DNA of 49,269 nucleotides from the IMG/VR virus record IMGVR_UViG_2778261422_000003; one strand, 5' to 3'. The translations under genes and the position numbers were made by a program. Numbering within the stretch: position 1 is the stretch's first letter; the number at the start of each line of letters is the position of its first letter. The notes beneath the pieces are model-generated. The model ran no database searches. It saw only the letters and a program-made list of their open reading frames with translations, and was not told the DNA's origin. Shown here one piece after another: positions 1 to 11,838 of the stretch. This DNA is from a virus (Duplodnaviria > Heunggongvirae > Uroviricota > Caudoviricetes).

Positions 1-1284
1 TTACAGACTTCTGGAAGGTTGCGCAGCTCTTACAACACGCGGTTGATCTTCCGCAGCGTCTTCCAGCGCACTTAAATCACGGTCTTTCACCTCTGGCATT
101 TTCAGCGCAGAGATTAAACCAATTACTGAATATGCCATGATCATAATGGCGATCGGATACCAGGATTCCGTCATGGTGCAGAAAATACCCGCCAGGATAG
201 GACCAAAACCGGAAGCGATAAGACCACCAATTTCTTTAGAAATAGCCATCCGGGTAAAGCGGTTTTTACAGCCGAACATTTCTGCCATGGTAATGTTTTC
301 CAGAGCAAATAATCCCAGCACCGCACAGTTATGAATCACAATCAGTGCAACCATAATGGTGCTCGGGGCATAGCTTTTATCTACAATGATAGAAAGCATT
401 GGCCATGCCAGCACAATCGCGGAGGTATTCATAATAATATACGGGATCCGGCGACCAATTTTATCGGATAACCAACCAAGGAATGGAATGGTCATAAAGC
501 CGAGAATCGAACTAATCATCAATGCATCTGTTGGAATTGCTTTGTTAAACAATAACGTCTGCACTAAATAGCCTGCAAGGAAAGTCTGAATTAACCCGGA
601 GTTACCCGCCTGACCAAAACGCAGCCCTGTTGCCAGCCAGAAGGATTTGCTCTGGAACATGCTACCAGCAGGTGCAGGTTTTGCTGTGGGTTGGTTGCTG
701 TCATTAACCTTCTCAAAGACCGGGCTTTCTTTCAGATTCATACGTAACCAGATAGCAAAGACCATCACGACAACGCTCGCCAGGAACGGTATACGCCATC
801 CCCACGCCAGCAGTTCCTCTTTACTGAGAATGAAGAACATAAAGGCCCAGATTGCCGTTGCGCTCAAGGTTCCGCAGTTAGTTCCCATAGCTACAAATGA
901 GGAGATAATTCCGCGCTTACCTTTTGGTGCATATTCCGCCAGCATCGTACCGGCACCGGAAATTTCCGCACCTGCACCCAACCCCTGAATAATACGCAGC
1001 GTCACCAGCAAGATGGGGGCAAAAACACCAATCTGTGCATAGGTCGGTAACACACCAATTAAGGTGGTACAGATCCCCATCATGGTGATGGTAATAAAGA
1101 GCACTTTTTTACGCCCTATTCTGTCGCCCATTTTGCCGAAAATAAATGCTCCGACAATACGCGCCACATAACCTGCACCGTAGGTTCCCATTGCCAAAAT
1201 TAACGCCATTGCCGTTGATGATTCAGGAAAAAATATTTCATGAAACACCAACGCTGCGCCGAGCGAATATAACTGGAAATCCAT
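1..1284 (-). CDS. ydfJ: MFS-family metabolite:H+ symporter, host gene whose 5' end abuts the prophage junction
   Basis: 427-aa ORF, highly hydrophobic, with MFS loop motif GDRIGRKK; translation matches recalled E. coli YdfJ; ORF starts about 40 residues into a typical MHS transporter; phage-type sequence follows past 1284. Confidence 0.85.
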   Translation of the reverse strand: MDFQLYSLGAALVFHEIFFPESSTAMALILAMGTYGAGYVARIVGAFIFGKMGDRIGRKKVLFITITMMGICTTLIGVLPTYAQIGVFAPILLVTLRIIQGLGAGAEISGAGTMLAEYAPKGKRGIISSFVAMGTNCGTLSATAIWAFMFFILSKEELLAWGWRIPFLASVVVMVFAIWLRMNLKESPVFEKVNDSNQPTAKPAPAGSMFQSKSFWLATGLRFGQAGNSGLIQTFLAGYLVQTLLFNKAIPTDALMISSILGFMTIPFLGWLSDKIGRRIPYIIMNTSAIVLAWPMLSIIVDKSYAPSTIMVALIVIHNCAVLGLFALENITMAEMFGCKNRFTRMAISKEIGGLIASGFGPILAGIFCTMTESWYPIAIMIMAYSVIGLISALKMPEVKDRDLSALEDAAEDQPRVVRAAQPSRSL

Positions 1285-2070
1285 AATTCACAGGTGTTTT
1301 TTCCCATCCTGTGGTTTCCTTGGCGTTTTCTAGGTTTTTTCAGATAGTTGCATTTTTTTAAAAAGCATCCTAAGTTCGATCTCAGTGTCTATCTGGGGCC
1401 TATTTCTGTCCCATATATGCCCCAAAAAAACTCCCCAACAGATAAGTAGTTTTTTCATGGATTTATGCGTAAAATCAAGAACGGCTGGAAATCATTCAAT
1501 ACTCACACTATCGAAAAATTTACCAGCCAATCGCAGCACGTTCTTGCATAAGGCGTGTCTGCGGTTTTTCAACTATTCAGATACATCACTCCCATCACAT
1601 TCATTCCTCCGCATCAAAGGCATATAGGCTATATCACCTTGATATTTTTCTTTTTCAGATAAAAACTGTTATCTATGTATACTTTTAAACCCAATCCGTG
1701 TAGAGTCTCTACATAAGATAGTTTGCAGTTGCCGCTTCAGCTTGCGCCATAAACCGCCTGATTTTTGCTGCCACCTGTTAGCATTCCTGTATACCTGAAA
1801 CGACAATGTTTATCTACGAACTTTAAGAACACCCAAGATAAAAATTGTCAACTATATCATATATAACACATTACTAATTCGAGGCTATATGAACAGCATA
1901 CTGATAATCACATCTCTCCTTATCATATTCAGCATTTTTAGTCATGCCCTAATAAAATTAGGGATTGGCATATCCAATAACCCAGACAAAACCGATGTAT
2001 AAGTCAACATATCCTGAATCAGACATACAATATCGCAATGAAAATCAATAATATTTTAAGGAATATCTTC

Positions 2071-2304
2071 ATGAAATCAAAAGACACCCTAAAGTGGTTC
2101 CCTGCGCAGCTTCCTGAAGTAAGAATTATCCTAGGGGATGCTGTAGTGGAAGTAGCAAAACAGGGAAGACCTATCAATACCAGAACATTGCTTGATTACA
2201 TTGAAGGAAACATAAAGAAAAAATCATGGCTGGATAACAAAGAATTATTACAAACAGCGATATCAGTTCTTAAAGACAACCAAAATTTAAATGGTAAAAT
2301 GTAA
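2071..2304 (+). CDS. ydfK: small YdfK/YnaE-family prophage protein (cold-shock-induced family)
   Basis: ORF 2038..2304; internal ATG at 2071 preceded by aagga RBS gives a 77-aa product matching recalled YdfK (MKSKDTLKWFPAQLPEVRIILGD...). Confidence 0.7.
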   Translation: MKSKDTLKWFPAQLPEVRIILGDAVVEVAKQGRPINTRTLLDYIEGNIKKKSWLDNKELLQTAISVLKDNQNLNGKM

Positions 2305-2620
2305 TATAATAAACTTACTTTTTTATCATTTTTCCACTTTAACAACATTTTGCTCCACTTTTCCACGACCAAACAACTTGAAATCTGGTTAAAATAACAC
2401 GCAACACTATTCTTCTTCCTTGAGTCCGCCCGGAACTCGAAAAACAAACCGAGTTAAAGCCATTTTTCACAAAATCGATTTTGGGTCTCACCAAAATTAC
2501 GGGGTTGCATACGCATTCGTTTATTTTCGAACGTGTACATACAAATATGCACAAAAATAATCATAATTATTTTCTGAGATGCATTATGATATGAACACCA
2601 ATTTCGTATAGAGTCTCACT

Positions 2621-3211
2621 ATGTCTCAAATTTTTGCTTACTGTCGGATATCAACGCTGGATCAGACCACCGAAAATCAACGCCGGGAAATCGAAAGTGC
2701 AGGTTTTAAAATCAAACCTCAGCAAATAATCGAAGAACACATTAGCGGCTCAGCAGCAACCAGTGAGCGTCCTGGTTTTAACCGGTTGCTTGCTCGCCTG
2801 AAATGTGGTGATCAATTGATTGTGACAAAACTGGATCGCCTTGGTTGTAATGCAATGGATATCAGGAAAACAGTGGAACAACTGACCGAAACAGGTATCA
2901 GAGTGCATTGCTTAGCATTGGGGGGCATTGACCTGACCAGTCCAACAGGAAAAATGATGATGCAAGTAATTTCAGCAGTCGCTGAATTTGAACGAGACCT
3001 TTTACTTGAACGCACTCATTCCGGGATAGTAAGAGCCCGCGGCGCAGGGAAACGTTTTGGTCGACCACCTGTGTTAAATGAAGAACAGAAACAGGCGGTA
3101 TTCGAACGAATTAAGTCAGGTGTAAGTATAAGTGCCATTGCCCGGGAATTCAAAACCTCGCGGCAAACCATTTTAAGAGCCAAAGCAAAACTTCAGACAC
3201 CTGACATATAA
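2621..3211 (+). CDS. pin: serine-recombinase DNA invertase (Pin/Gin/Hin family)
   Basis: 196-aa ORF with resolvase-type N-terminus ([12 protein letters not shown], catalytic Ser) and C-terminal HTH; lies next to tail-fibre genes as in e14 and Qin. Confidence 0.9.
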   Translation: MSQIFAYCRISTLDQTTENQRREIESAGFKIKPQQIIEEHISGSAATSERPGFNRLLARLKCGDQLIVTKLDRLGCNAMDIRKTVEQLTETGIRVHCLALGGIDLTSPTGKMMMQVISAVAEFERDLLLERTHSGIVRARGAGKRFGRPPVLNEEQKQAVFERIKSGVSISAIAREFKTSRQTILRAKAKLQTPDI

Positions 3212-3308
3212 AAAATAATCTCGGTGTGAGATGCTTTACGTCTTCCAAGCCCCCTTCCTTGCCGTAAATGGAAAGATACATCTAATTATAGAATTTATAT
3301 GTTTTACC

Positions 3309-3884
3309 CTACGGCAGTGCTGGCCATTCAATATCCTGTGCAGTTGACGTATCAACACGGTTCAGCAATACCCGATACTTTTTCCATGCTTCCAGCAACG
3401 AGATTTCTTCCTCCGTTGCAATTTCCAGATCTGCAGCATCCTGAAGCGGCGCAATATGCTCACTGGCTACCTGCATCAGGTTGTTTTTTGTTTCTTCCGC
3501 CTCCCGGATCCGGAACAGTTTTTCTGCTTCCGTATCCTTCACCCAGGCTGTGCCGTTCCACTTCTGAAACTCCCCTTCCGGCGATAACCAGGTAACATTT
3601 TCCGGTAACGGACCGAGTTCAGAAATAAATAACGCGTCGCCGGAAGCCACGTCATAAACCGTTTTACCCCGATGATCTTCAACGAGATGCCACGATGACT
3701 CATCACTGTTGAAAACAGCCACGAAGCCAGCCGGAATATCTGGCGGTGCAATATCGGTACTGTTTGCTGGCAGACCTGTATGAGGCGGAATATATGCATC
3801 ACCTTCACCAATAAATTCATTAGTTCCGGCCAGCAGATTATAAATTTTTATGGTCCGTGGTTGTTCACTCATTCTGAATGCCAT
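3309..3884 (-). CDS. tfa: tail fibre assembly protein Tfa
   Basis: 191-aa ORF; near-identical by recall to lambda Tfa ([39 protein letters not shown]...); start overlaps stf stop. Confidence 0.9.
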
Positions 3885-6800
3885 TATGCAAGCCTCACAA
3901 TATAGTTAAATGCGATGTTTTTGACGGTGTTTTCCGCGTTACCAGCAGCGTTAACGGTGATGGTGTGTCCATGTGAACCAATCGCAACGGAGTGCGTATG
4001 AGCACCAATACCGACAGTATGTGCATGTGCGCCTGCGCTTGCAGCAGTGCCGGACAGCGAGTGGGTATGAGCACCATCTGATGATGTCTTCCCTGCATTA
4101 CGAGTCTGGCCACTACCGCTTGTTGTGCTCATAATCCCCGCGCTTAGATTTGAAATCGCGGTATAACCATTAGGGAAAATGCTCGTGTTCGTGCCACCAA
4201 ATGCACCGGAACTCTTGTGTTGGTGCGCACCGGCACTATTTGCGGTCCCGCTAATACTATGGGTATGCGCCCCGGTGTTATTCGTGGATTTGGTTCCGTA
4301 ATCAAACGACGATGTGGTTTTCGTCCCCAAATCCGTACTGGATGCGCTGGCGCTGTGGGTGTGCGATTTAATGCCGTCCTGTTCCTGAGATAATACGGCC
4401 CGACCACTGGCGGGCTTGCCCTTAATCGTCCAGCCACGCATATCAGGGATCACGCCTGACGGATAAGCAACTGCAAGTTTCGGGTATGCAGATTTGTCAA
4501 AAGTCTGCCCCTGCATCAGGGCATAACCAGACGGAACGGTATCTGATGGCCACGGGATTGGTGCACCGACTGGATAAAACTCTGCAGGAGGATGAGCCGA
4601 GGTGTAAAGCTGCGCCCACGGCGACCAGTTTGCGTCGGTCGTATCCCGTCGTGAACGAATAAATGCCGGAGCATGAGCACCGCTTGTACCACTCCAGCCG
4701 ATGAGTAACTCACCTTCGCCAACGGCTGTCATCCCTTTCAGGTGAATGATATTTCCATACGCTGTTGGATATCCGTTGTTATACACCTCGTATAACTCAA
4801 GACCTGCTGCCCCCTGCGTATTGTCTGTCAGCGCGGTTACCCGACCTTTTGAAGCCAGATTAACTGATGATACTGCTGTTCCACCTGACGGTAACGCCCC
4901 GATCTCTGATGCCGTTGGCTTATTTCTGGAGTTATAGTCCCTTCGCCAGCCAGGTGAATAATCTGTTCCGTGATTAATATAGGTAAACTGGGCGTTAGTT
5001 GTTCCACCACCAGTGGAGGTGGTCGGTGTGGTAATGCGGATCGTCATCGCTGACTTTATCCCCATTACTTCAATGACAGCTCCGGCGAGATGAATATTAC
5101 CGCAGTCAGTATCAGTAATGATTTTATTATTGCCATAAGACCAGGAACCCTTGCACATCCAGTATGGATGGTTAAATGCTCCCTGAGAATCCAGCCACTC
5201 GATAAACTGTGCAGTCGTCCAGTTTCCTGTTGTTGTGCTTACTGACCCACCGAAGGCACGGCAGGCACCAATATTTTTCGTAAAGGTATCTTTGCCAGGG
5301 ATATCCGCACCGTTCTGATCTTTCTGCAGACGTTTCTCAGCATTGTCATTGGCTGCTTTTACTGCCTTTGGTGTCGCGGCAAGCGTTTCAGACGTGCTGT
5401 TGGTCGCGCTGCTTAGCTGGATTATCCCTTTCTGTGCTGTCGTTGCATCCTGTGCGGTGTATTTCCCGTTAGCCAGGTCATACGCGGCCTTAACGGCTTT
5501 TGGTGTTGCCGCCAGTGACTCGGAAGTGCTGTTAGTCGCACTACTGAGCTGTACTATCCCCTTTTTCGTCGTGCTCGCATCCTCAAGCGCCACGGCGGAT
5601 GCAATATCCTCTGCCCGTTTTGCTGCTGTCTCGGCGCGCGTTGCTGCGGATTCTGCCGTACTTTTGCTCTGTGCTGCCGTTGCCGCACTGCCAGCAGCCT
5701 CTGTCGCCTTCGTGGATGCCGTCGTGGCGCTGCCCCTCGCTGCTGACGCCTGTCTGGTCGCCTCATCTTTTGAAGCAGACGCCGATGATGCCGATGACGC
5801 CGCCGAACTGGCGGACGATGCGGCAGCCGTTTTTGAGGATTCTGCGCTGGTTTCCGACGCTTTCGCGTTCGTTTCGGATGTCTTCGCTGCGGAAGCAGAC
5901 CTCGCTGCTGCGCTGGCCTGTTCAGTGGCTTCGCCAGCCTTCGTTGTGGCTGTTGAAGCGGATGATGCGGCGCTTTCTGCCGATTTTCCGGCGGCGGTGG
6001 CACTGACTGCTGCCTCCTCTGCCTTAATGGACGCCTCACGGGCCGATGATGCAGCTGTTGTCTCAGAGTCTGCCGCAGCTGAGGCGCTCTGTTCCGCTGC
6101 CGTTTCAGAAGACCTGGCGTTCGTCTCGGACGTTTTTGCCGCCTTCGCAGAATTTGCTGCCGCCGTTGCCGAGGAAGCGGCACTACTGGCGCTTGATGAT
6201 GCGTTCGTTTCTGATGATTTCGCTGCCTCTTTTGAGGCCGCCGCATCCCGGGCTGAAGTGGCGGCTTCTGACGCTTTCGTCGTCGCAGTGGATGCAGAAG
6301 TGGCTGCTGATTTTTGTGACGCTGCAGCATTCGTTTCTGACGTTTTCGCGGCACCGGCACTGGTGGCCGCCGCGCTTTTTGAGGACTCTGCAGCGGCAGC
6401 ACTTTTTGATGCTTCAGTGGCCTTTGTTGATGCCGTTCCTGCGCTGGAAGACGCCTCCTGAGCCGACGTCGCGGCCTGTCCGGCTGACGTGCTGGCTGCA
6501 CGCGCTGAGCCTGCAGCATCAGTCGCATGGGTTGCCGCCTCACTGGCAGATGTGCCGGCATCACTGGCTGACTTCTTCGCGGCTGCCGTGTTCTGTGCCA
6601 CCGCGGACGCGTTACGCGCCACCTCTTCCACCATCAGTTCAAAACGGCGCAGAGCCTCCGGACGGGCATCATCCTCCGTCATGGCACCGAGAAAATCATT
6701 CAGCGTACCGGGTCGGGAATCTTCATACACGGTGATGGTCCCGGCATGTGACGGCGGGAATCCTTCCACCAACAGAATAACGCTGTACTGACCGTACTCA

Positions 6801-6964
6801 ACGTCCATGCTGTAACGCCCGGCTTCATCCGGATTTTCTGAGGCCAGCGTGTTCACCACCACCGTGGTGCTGTTACGTTTTGCTTTCAGCTGGATTGTGC
6901 AGTTCTGTACCGGTTTTCCTGTGCCGTCTTTCAGTACACCTGAAATCTTAACTGCCATATTCAC
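3884..6964 (-). CDS. stf: side tail fibre protein Stf with long Ala/Ser/Thr-rich repeat shaft and His-rich distal tip
   Basis: 1026-aa ORF; N-terminus resembles lambda Stf ([26 protein letters not shown]...); internal low-complexity repeats; C-terminal GAHTHS/GAHAH/GSHGH boxes. Confidence 0.85.
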
Positions 6965-6968
6965 CCCA

Positions 6969-6996
6969 CAAAAAAGCCCGCCTGAACCGGCGGGCT
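6969..6996 (-). terminator. intrinsic terminator downstream of lom
   Basis: GC hairpin agcccgcc/ggcgggct at 6975..6996; on the minus strand it is followed by a T run (ttttttgtgg). Confidence 0.6.
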
Positions 6997-7022
6997 GTCA
7001 TAACACTGTGTTACCTGGCTAA

Positions 7023-7622
7023 TCAGAACTTATAACCGACACCCACGATGAAACCGTCAGTGCGCCAGTCGCCACTGCCGGAGCCTTCATAAGCAATATC
7101 AATGGCCACGGATTCGGTCGGGTTAAACTGCACGCCAGCTCCCCACGCCAGAGACGTGTTGCTGTGGCGACCGTCATCACTTCCGGTCAGCACGTCGTGC
7201 GTTTTCCCCTTGTTGTCAGTTACGCGGAGATAATCCCCGGAGAAAGTCGACACACGGCTGTAAGCCACACCCGCCATCGCATACGCGCTGAACCATTCAT
7301 TCACGCGCACAGACGGCCCCGCCATTACGCTGAACCAGCGGTTACGAACGGAATCTTCATGCCAGCGGGTATCGCTGTAATGGGTCAGCTGGCGATTCTT
7401 GTCTCCTGCATAGCTGAATGACGTCACCAGCCCCAGCGTATCCGTAAACTCATAACGGTATTTCACGTTAATCCCGTTCAGATCATCACTGCCGGGAACG
7501 TTGGTCCGGGCATGAAGATACCCCGCGCTCAGCGTGGACTGATGTTCAGACGCCCATGCAGGCGCACCGGATACGGCCAGACAAATGGCTGCGGACAAAA
7601 TGGCTGCACAAACTTTACGCAT
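7023..7622 (-). CDS. lom: outer-membrane beta-barrel protein Lom (Ail/Lom family)
   Basis: 199-aa ORF with signal peptide (AICLAVSGAPAWA) and C-terminal GYKF; matches recalled lambda Lom; sits between J and stf. Confidence 0.85.
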   Translation of the reverse strand: MRKVCAAILSAAICLAVSGAPAWASEHQSTLSAGYLHARTNVPGSDDLNGINVKYRYEFTDTLGLVTSFSYAGDKNRQLTHYSDTRWHEDSVRNRWFSVMAGPSVRVNEWFSAYAMAGVAYSRVSTFSGDYLRVTDNKGKTHDVLTGSDDGRHSNTSLAWGAGVQFNPTESVAIDIAYEGSGSGDWRTDGFIVGVGYKF

Positions 7623-7644
7623 AATTACCTCTCGCTTTTCTGCA

Positions 7645-7670
7645 ATAAAAAAGGCGTCATTCCTGACGCC
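7645..7670 (-). terminator. intrinsic terminator downstream of J
   Basis: hairpin ggcgtca-ttcc-tgacgcc at 7653..7670 followed on the minus strand by ttttttattg. Confidence 0.55.
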
Positions 7671-7692
7671 ATTTATTGGGGTTATAAATATT

Positions 7693-10600
7693 TCAACGAA
7701 TACTGATGCCTGAAGCCGCTTTTTTGGTCACAATCACCGTACAGTCGGTGATATTACCTGCCCGCTGATTGCCTTTATGGAAAACCTTAAACTCCAGAGT
7801 GACGCTTCCCCTGCCACTCGGCATATCAATAACCGCACTGTAGCTACCGGGAATGGCCCCTTTAGTTTCTCTGGATGCGATTAATACACCGTTTTTGCGA
7901 ACTTCAAAACCATAACCCGTGTATCTTGTACCTCCCGGGTTATTACCACTTCCCGGATCGCTATACGCTATTCCGTTAAAGATAATGGGCGGAATAATGA
8001 TTTGACGGTCAAAGTTATGATCATCGCTGATGGTGACTGTAACCGTCCCGTTTGGTGTTTCCGTGTTACCCCACGTACCAGCCTGTTTCGGAAATGATTT
8101 GGATACAGCTTTAACGAAGTCACCTCTGACCTGAGTCGCCTCCAGCATGCCCTTAATCGTACAGTTCTGGTTAATCGTGACATTGTTGAGCGTTCCTGAG
8201 TTCGCATTCACACTACCACTGATATCCGCATTTTTAGCGGTCAGCTTTCCGTCTGATGTCAGGGAAAATACCGGAGGACTGCCACCGCTGGTAATGGTGG
8301 GGGCTGTCAGGCGCTTCAGGAACACGTCGTTCATGAATATCTGGTTGCCCTGCGCCACAAACATCGGCGTTTCATTCCCGTTTGCCGGGTCAATAAACGC
8401 GATACGGTTAGCGGCAACCAGAAACTGGCTCAGCTTGCCTTCCTCCGTGTCCTCCATGCTGAGGCCAATACCCGCGACATAATGTTTGCCGTCTTTGGTC
8501 TGCTCAATTTTGACGCCCCACATGGCATTCCATTTATCGTTAGCGTCCTTCCACTCTTTCGAAAACTCATCCAGTCTGCTGGCGTTATCCTCCGTCAGAT
8601 CAACTTTTTCCAGCAGCTCTTTACCGAGATGGGATTCGGTTATCTTGCCTTTGAAAAAATCCAGGTAACCTTCCGCATCATCGCTCGCCCGACCGACGGC
8701 CTCCACGAATGCCGATTTGCCAACGGTGTTCACACTGCGGATATAAAAGTAATAATCATGGCCCGGTTTGATATTGATACTGGCGGCTATCCAGTACAGC
8801 GCCGTACCAAGATAGCGGGCTGTGGTTTCAACCTGCCTGATATCGGTAATCCGCTTTTCCGAGAACCAGAACTCAAACTGTACCGTCGGGTCATAAACCG
8901 CAAGATGCGGCGTGGCGGTTATCTGAAAATAGCCCGGTGTCAGCTCAATCCGAGACGGCGCTGCCGGTGCGGCAATCCGGAACGATACCGATGCCGGATC
9001 GCCCTGCTGTCCCCACGCATTTACCGCCCGGACCGTCAGCGTGTAACGCCCCAGCGCCAGTTGCCTGAAGCGGTATGTGGTTTCCGTCGTCCGGGCCGTG
9101 CTGACCAGCCGCTCACTGCCGTCATCCGCTGTTACGGTCAGACGGAGCAGGAAGCTCACGCCCTTCACCACCTTCGGCGTGTCCCAGCGAGCCAGCACCT
9201 GATATTCCCCGCTGTCTGCGGTGACTTCGGCGGTCAGGTGCTGCACCGCTGGCGGCGTGACACCATTCACCGTGCCGCTCTGGTCGCCGTCAAAGTGCGC
9301 CCCGTTATCCACGATGGCCTCTTTTTCCGGTACATGCTGCACGGCGGTGATGGCATACGTGCCGTCGTCGTTCTCACGGATACTCACGCAGCGGAACAGG
9401 CGCTGGCGCAGCGTCGGCAGCTTCAGCCCCCACACGCTGTATTCTGCAACACCGTCAGGAACACGGCTCACTTTCACCTTCACGCCGTCGGTGACGGACT
9501 GAACCTCCACGCTGACCGGATTGCCACTTCCGTCAACCAGGCTTATCAGCGTGGTACCGGAGGATGGCAGAGTGATTTCACGGTCGAGCGTCAGCGTCCG
9601 GGTCTGGCTGTTCACCGCCAGCACGCGCCCGCCGATGCTGATACCGGCATAGTCATCATCGCAGATTTCAATGACATCGCCCGGTACATGGCGAAGCCCT
9701 TCAGCACCCACGCTGAAGTCCACGGTCTGCGTTTCCAGCAGTTCCGTTTTAATCAGCCACAGCCCGGCGCGGTGTGCCTGCCCCCGACTGGTACAACCAA
9801 AGGCATCCATCTTCGTGACATTACGACCGTAACGGGCAATGGCCTGCGTATCTTCAACAAGCTCTGTCGCCGTCTCCCAGCCGTTGTTCGGGTCAATCCA
9901 GTTCACCTCAACGGCATTATGGCGGTCCTTCAGGGCGCTGAAGCTGTAGCGGAACGGCGCGCCATCATCCGGCATCACCACATTACTGCGGTTATAGGTC
10001 CACACCTTATCTGATGGTCGGTCCTGCACGAACGTCAGCGTCTGCCCGTTCCATACCGGCATACAGCGCATCGCCGAGCAGAAATCACTGAGCACATCCC
10101 ACGCCTTACGTTGTGTGGTCAGGTAAGCGTTACAGGTGATGCGCGGCTCCGTACCGCCAAAGCCGTCCGGCACCGACTGGTCGCAATTCTGGCCGATGAC
10201 ATACAGCGCCCATTTATCCACATCTGCCGCACCAAGACGTTTCCCCATGCCGTAGCGCGGGTGGGTCAGCATATCCCACAGACACCAGGCCATGTTGTTG
10301 CTGTATGCCGGTTTTAACGTTCCGTCCCAGATACCGCTGTATTGCCGCGTCTGCGGGTTATAATTCGACGGCACCTGCAGAATGCGCCCGCGAAGATGAT
10401 AATTACGGCTCACCTGCTGGCTGCCGAACTGCTCCGAATCCACCTGCACGCCGACCAGTGCCGTGTTCGGGTAGCACTGTTTCACATCGATGATTTCGGT
10501 GTATGACGACCAGAGCGTTTTGTTCTGCAGCTGGTCTGTGGTGCTGTCCGGCGTCATTCTGCGCATCCGGATATTAAACGGGCGCGGCGGCAGGTTATCC

Positions 10601-11106
10601 ACCACCACCGAGGCCAGATACTGCGAGGTGGTTTTGCCCTTAATGGTGATATCTTTTTCCGTCACCCAGCCACCATTACGCTGTATCTGAACCAGCAGGC
10701 GAACTTCCGACGGATTCCGGTCCCCCTTTGAGGTGGTTTCCACCAGTGCCTGCACACCGAAGGTAAAGCGCAGTCGGTCGATGTTTGCCGACGTGATGGC
10801 GCGGGTGATCGGCGTGTCGTATTTCACTTCCGTACCCAACACCGTCTCGGAGCCGGAGGATTCAAACCCCTCCGGCGGTGTCTGCTCCTGCTCACCGGCA
10901 CGGAACACCACCGTGACACCGGAGATGTTGGTATTCCCCTCAGTGTCCAGCACCGGCGTACTGTTCAGCAGCACGCTTTTTAATCCATCCACCGGACCTT
11001 CAACCGGCCCTTCGCTGATGGCATCGATCACACTCAGCAACTGCGTGGACTTCAGGTTGTCCTTCGCTTCGCGCGGGGTATGCCCCTTACTGCTTCCTTT
11101 ACTCAT
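7693..11106 (-). CDS. J: tail tip / host-specificity protein J
   Basis: 1137-aa ORF; most of it matches recalled lambda J ([24 protein letters not shown]...); the C-terminal ~150 residues differ from lambda J. Confidence 0.9.
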   Translation of the reverse strand: MSKGSSKGHTPREAKDNLKSTQLLSVIDAISEGPVEGPVDGLKSVLLNSTPVLDTEGNTNISGVTVVFRAGEQEQTPPEGFESSGSETVLGTEVKYDTPITRAITSANIDRLRFTFGVQALVETTSKGDRNPSEVRLLVQIQRNGGWVTEKDITIKGKTTSQYLASVVVDNLPPRPFNIRMRRMTPDSTTDQLQNKTLWSSYTEIIDVKQCYPNTALVGVQVDSEQFGSQQVSRNYHLRGRILQVPSNYNPQTRQYSGIWDGTLKPAYSNNMAWCLWDMLTHPRYGMGKRLGAADVDKWALYVIGQNCDQSVPDGFGGTEPRITCNAYLTTQRKAWDVLSDFCSAMRCMPVWNGQTLTFVQDRPSDKVWTYNRSNVVMPDDGAPFRYSFSALKDRHNAVEVNWIDPNNGWETATELVEDTQAIARYGRNVTKMDAFGCTSRGQAHRAGLWLIKTELLETQTVDFSVGAEGLRHVPGDVIEICDDDYAGISIGGRVLAVNSQTRTLTLDREITLPSSGTTLISLVDGSGNPVSVEVQSVTDGVKVKVSRVPDGVAEYSVWGLKLPTLRQRLFRCVSIRENDDGTYAITAVQHVPEKEAIVDNGAHFDGDQSGTVNGVTPPAVQHLTAEVTADSGEYQVLARWDTPKVVKGVSFLLRLTVTADDGSERLVSTARTTETTYRFRQLALGRYTLTVRAVNAWGQQGDPASVSFRIAAPAAPSRIELTPGYFQITATPHLAVYDPTVQFEFWFSEKRITDIRQVETTARYLGTALYWIAASINIKPGHDYYFYIRSVNTVGKSAFVEAVGRASDDAEGYLDFFKGKITESHLGKELLEKVDLTEDNASRLDEFSKEWKDANDKWNAMWGVKIEQTKDGKHYVAGIGLSMEDTEEGKLSQFLVAANRIAFIDPANGNETPMFVAQGNQIFMNDVFLKRLTAPTITSGGSPPVFSLTSDGKLTAKNADISGSVNANSGTLNNVTINQNCTIKGMLEATQVRGDFVKAVSKSFPKQAGTWGNTETPNGTVTVTISDDHNFDRQIIIPPIIFNGIAYSDPGSGNNPGGTRYTGYGFEVRKNGVLIASRETKGAIPGSYSAVIDMPSGRGSVTLEFKVFHKGNQRAGNITDCTVIVTKKAASGISIR

Positions 11107-11166
11107 TCCTCACGCTCCATAAATGACAAAACCGCCCGCAGGCGGTTTCACATAAAACATTTTGCA

Positions 11167-11838
11167 TCAGCGACCAATCACCACAACCTGACCACCGTCC
11201 CCTTCGTCTGCCGTGCTGATCTCCTGAGAAACCACGCGTGACCCCACGCGCATTTCCCCGTACAGAACAGGCAGAACATTGCCCTGGGCAACCATGTTAT
11301 CCAGTGAGGAGAAATAGGTGTTCTGCTTACCGTTATCCGTTGTCTGTGTACGGGGAGTTCTGGCTTTCGGTGCCAGCATCTGCGCCACACCACCGAGCAC
11401 CATACTGGCACCGAGAGAAAACAGGATGCCGGTCATACCACCGGCCCCAATGGCTGCCCCCCATGCTGCAAGGGTGGCTCCGGCGGTAAAGAATGATCCG
11501 GCAATGGCGGCAGCCCCCAGGACAATCTGGAATACGCCACCTGACTTGGCCCCGGCGACTCTGGGAACAATATGAATCACAGCGCCATCAGGCAGAGTCT
11601 CATGTAACTGCGCCGTTAACCCGGACGTGCTGACGTCCCGCCCGGCAATCCGTACCTGATACCAGCCGTCGCTCAGTTTCTGACGAAACGCCGGGAGCTG
11701 TGTGGCCAGTGCCCGGATGGCTTCAGCCCCCGTTTTCACACGAAGGTCGATGCGGCGACCAAATCGTTGTAAATCCCCGTAAAGGCAGATGCGCGCCATG
11801 CCCGGTGACGCCAGAGGGAGTGTGTGCGTCGCTGCCAT
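11167..11838 (-). CDS. I: tail assembly protein I
   Basis: 223-aa ORF matching recalled lambda I (MAATHTLPLASPGMARICLYGDLQRFGRR...). Confidence 0.9.
   Translation of the reverse strand: MAATHTLPLASPGMARICLYGDLQRFGRRIDLRVKTGAEAIRALATQLPAFRQKLSDGWYQVRIAGRDVSTSGLTAQLHETLPDGAVIHIVPRVAGAKSGGVFQIVLGAAAIAGSFFTAGATLAAWGAAIGAGGMTGILFSLGASMVLGGVAQMLAPKARTPRTQTTDNGKQNTYFSSLDNMVAQGNVLPVLYGEMRVGSRVVSQEISTADEGDGGQVVVIGR

Noticed and set aside
3299-3595. 98-aa plus-strand ORF overlapping tfa
   Set aside because: Antisense to the strongly supported tfa gene; it would only be meaningful if the segment were invertible, and I found no evidence of that.
5343-6735. Several long ORFs on both strands and in alternative frames inside stf (5343..6461 +, 5554..6564 -, 5599..6006 +, 6046..6735 +)
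   Set aside because: They lie within the GC-rich, repetitive Ala/Ser-coding shaft of the tail-fibre gene; the stop-free frames are a by-product of low-complexity repeats, and the products are Arg/Pro/Gln- or Ala-rich nonsense.
8482-10014. 510-aa plus-strand ORF antisense to J
   Set aside because: Entirely antisense to the well-supported J gene; an Arg-rich translation typical of a spurious antisense frame in GC-rich DNA.
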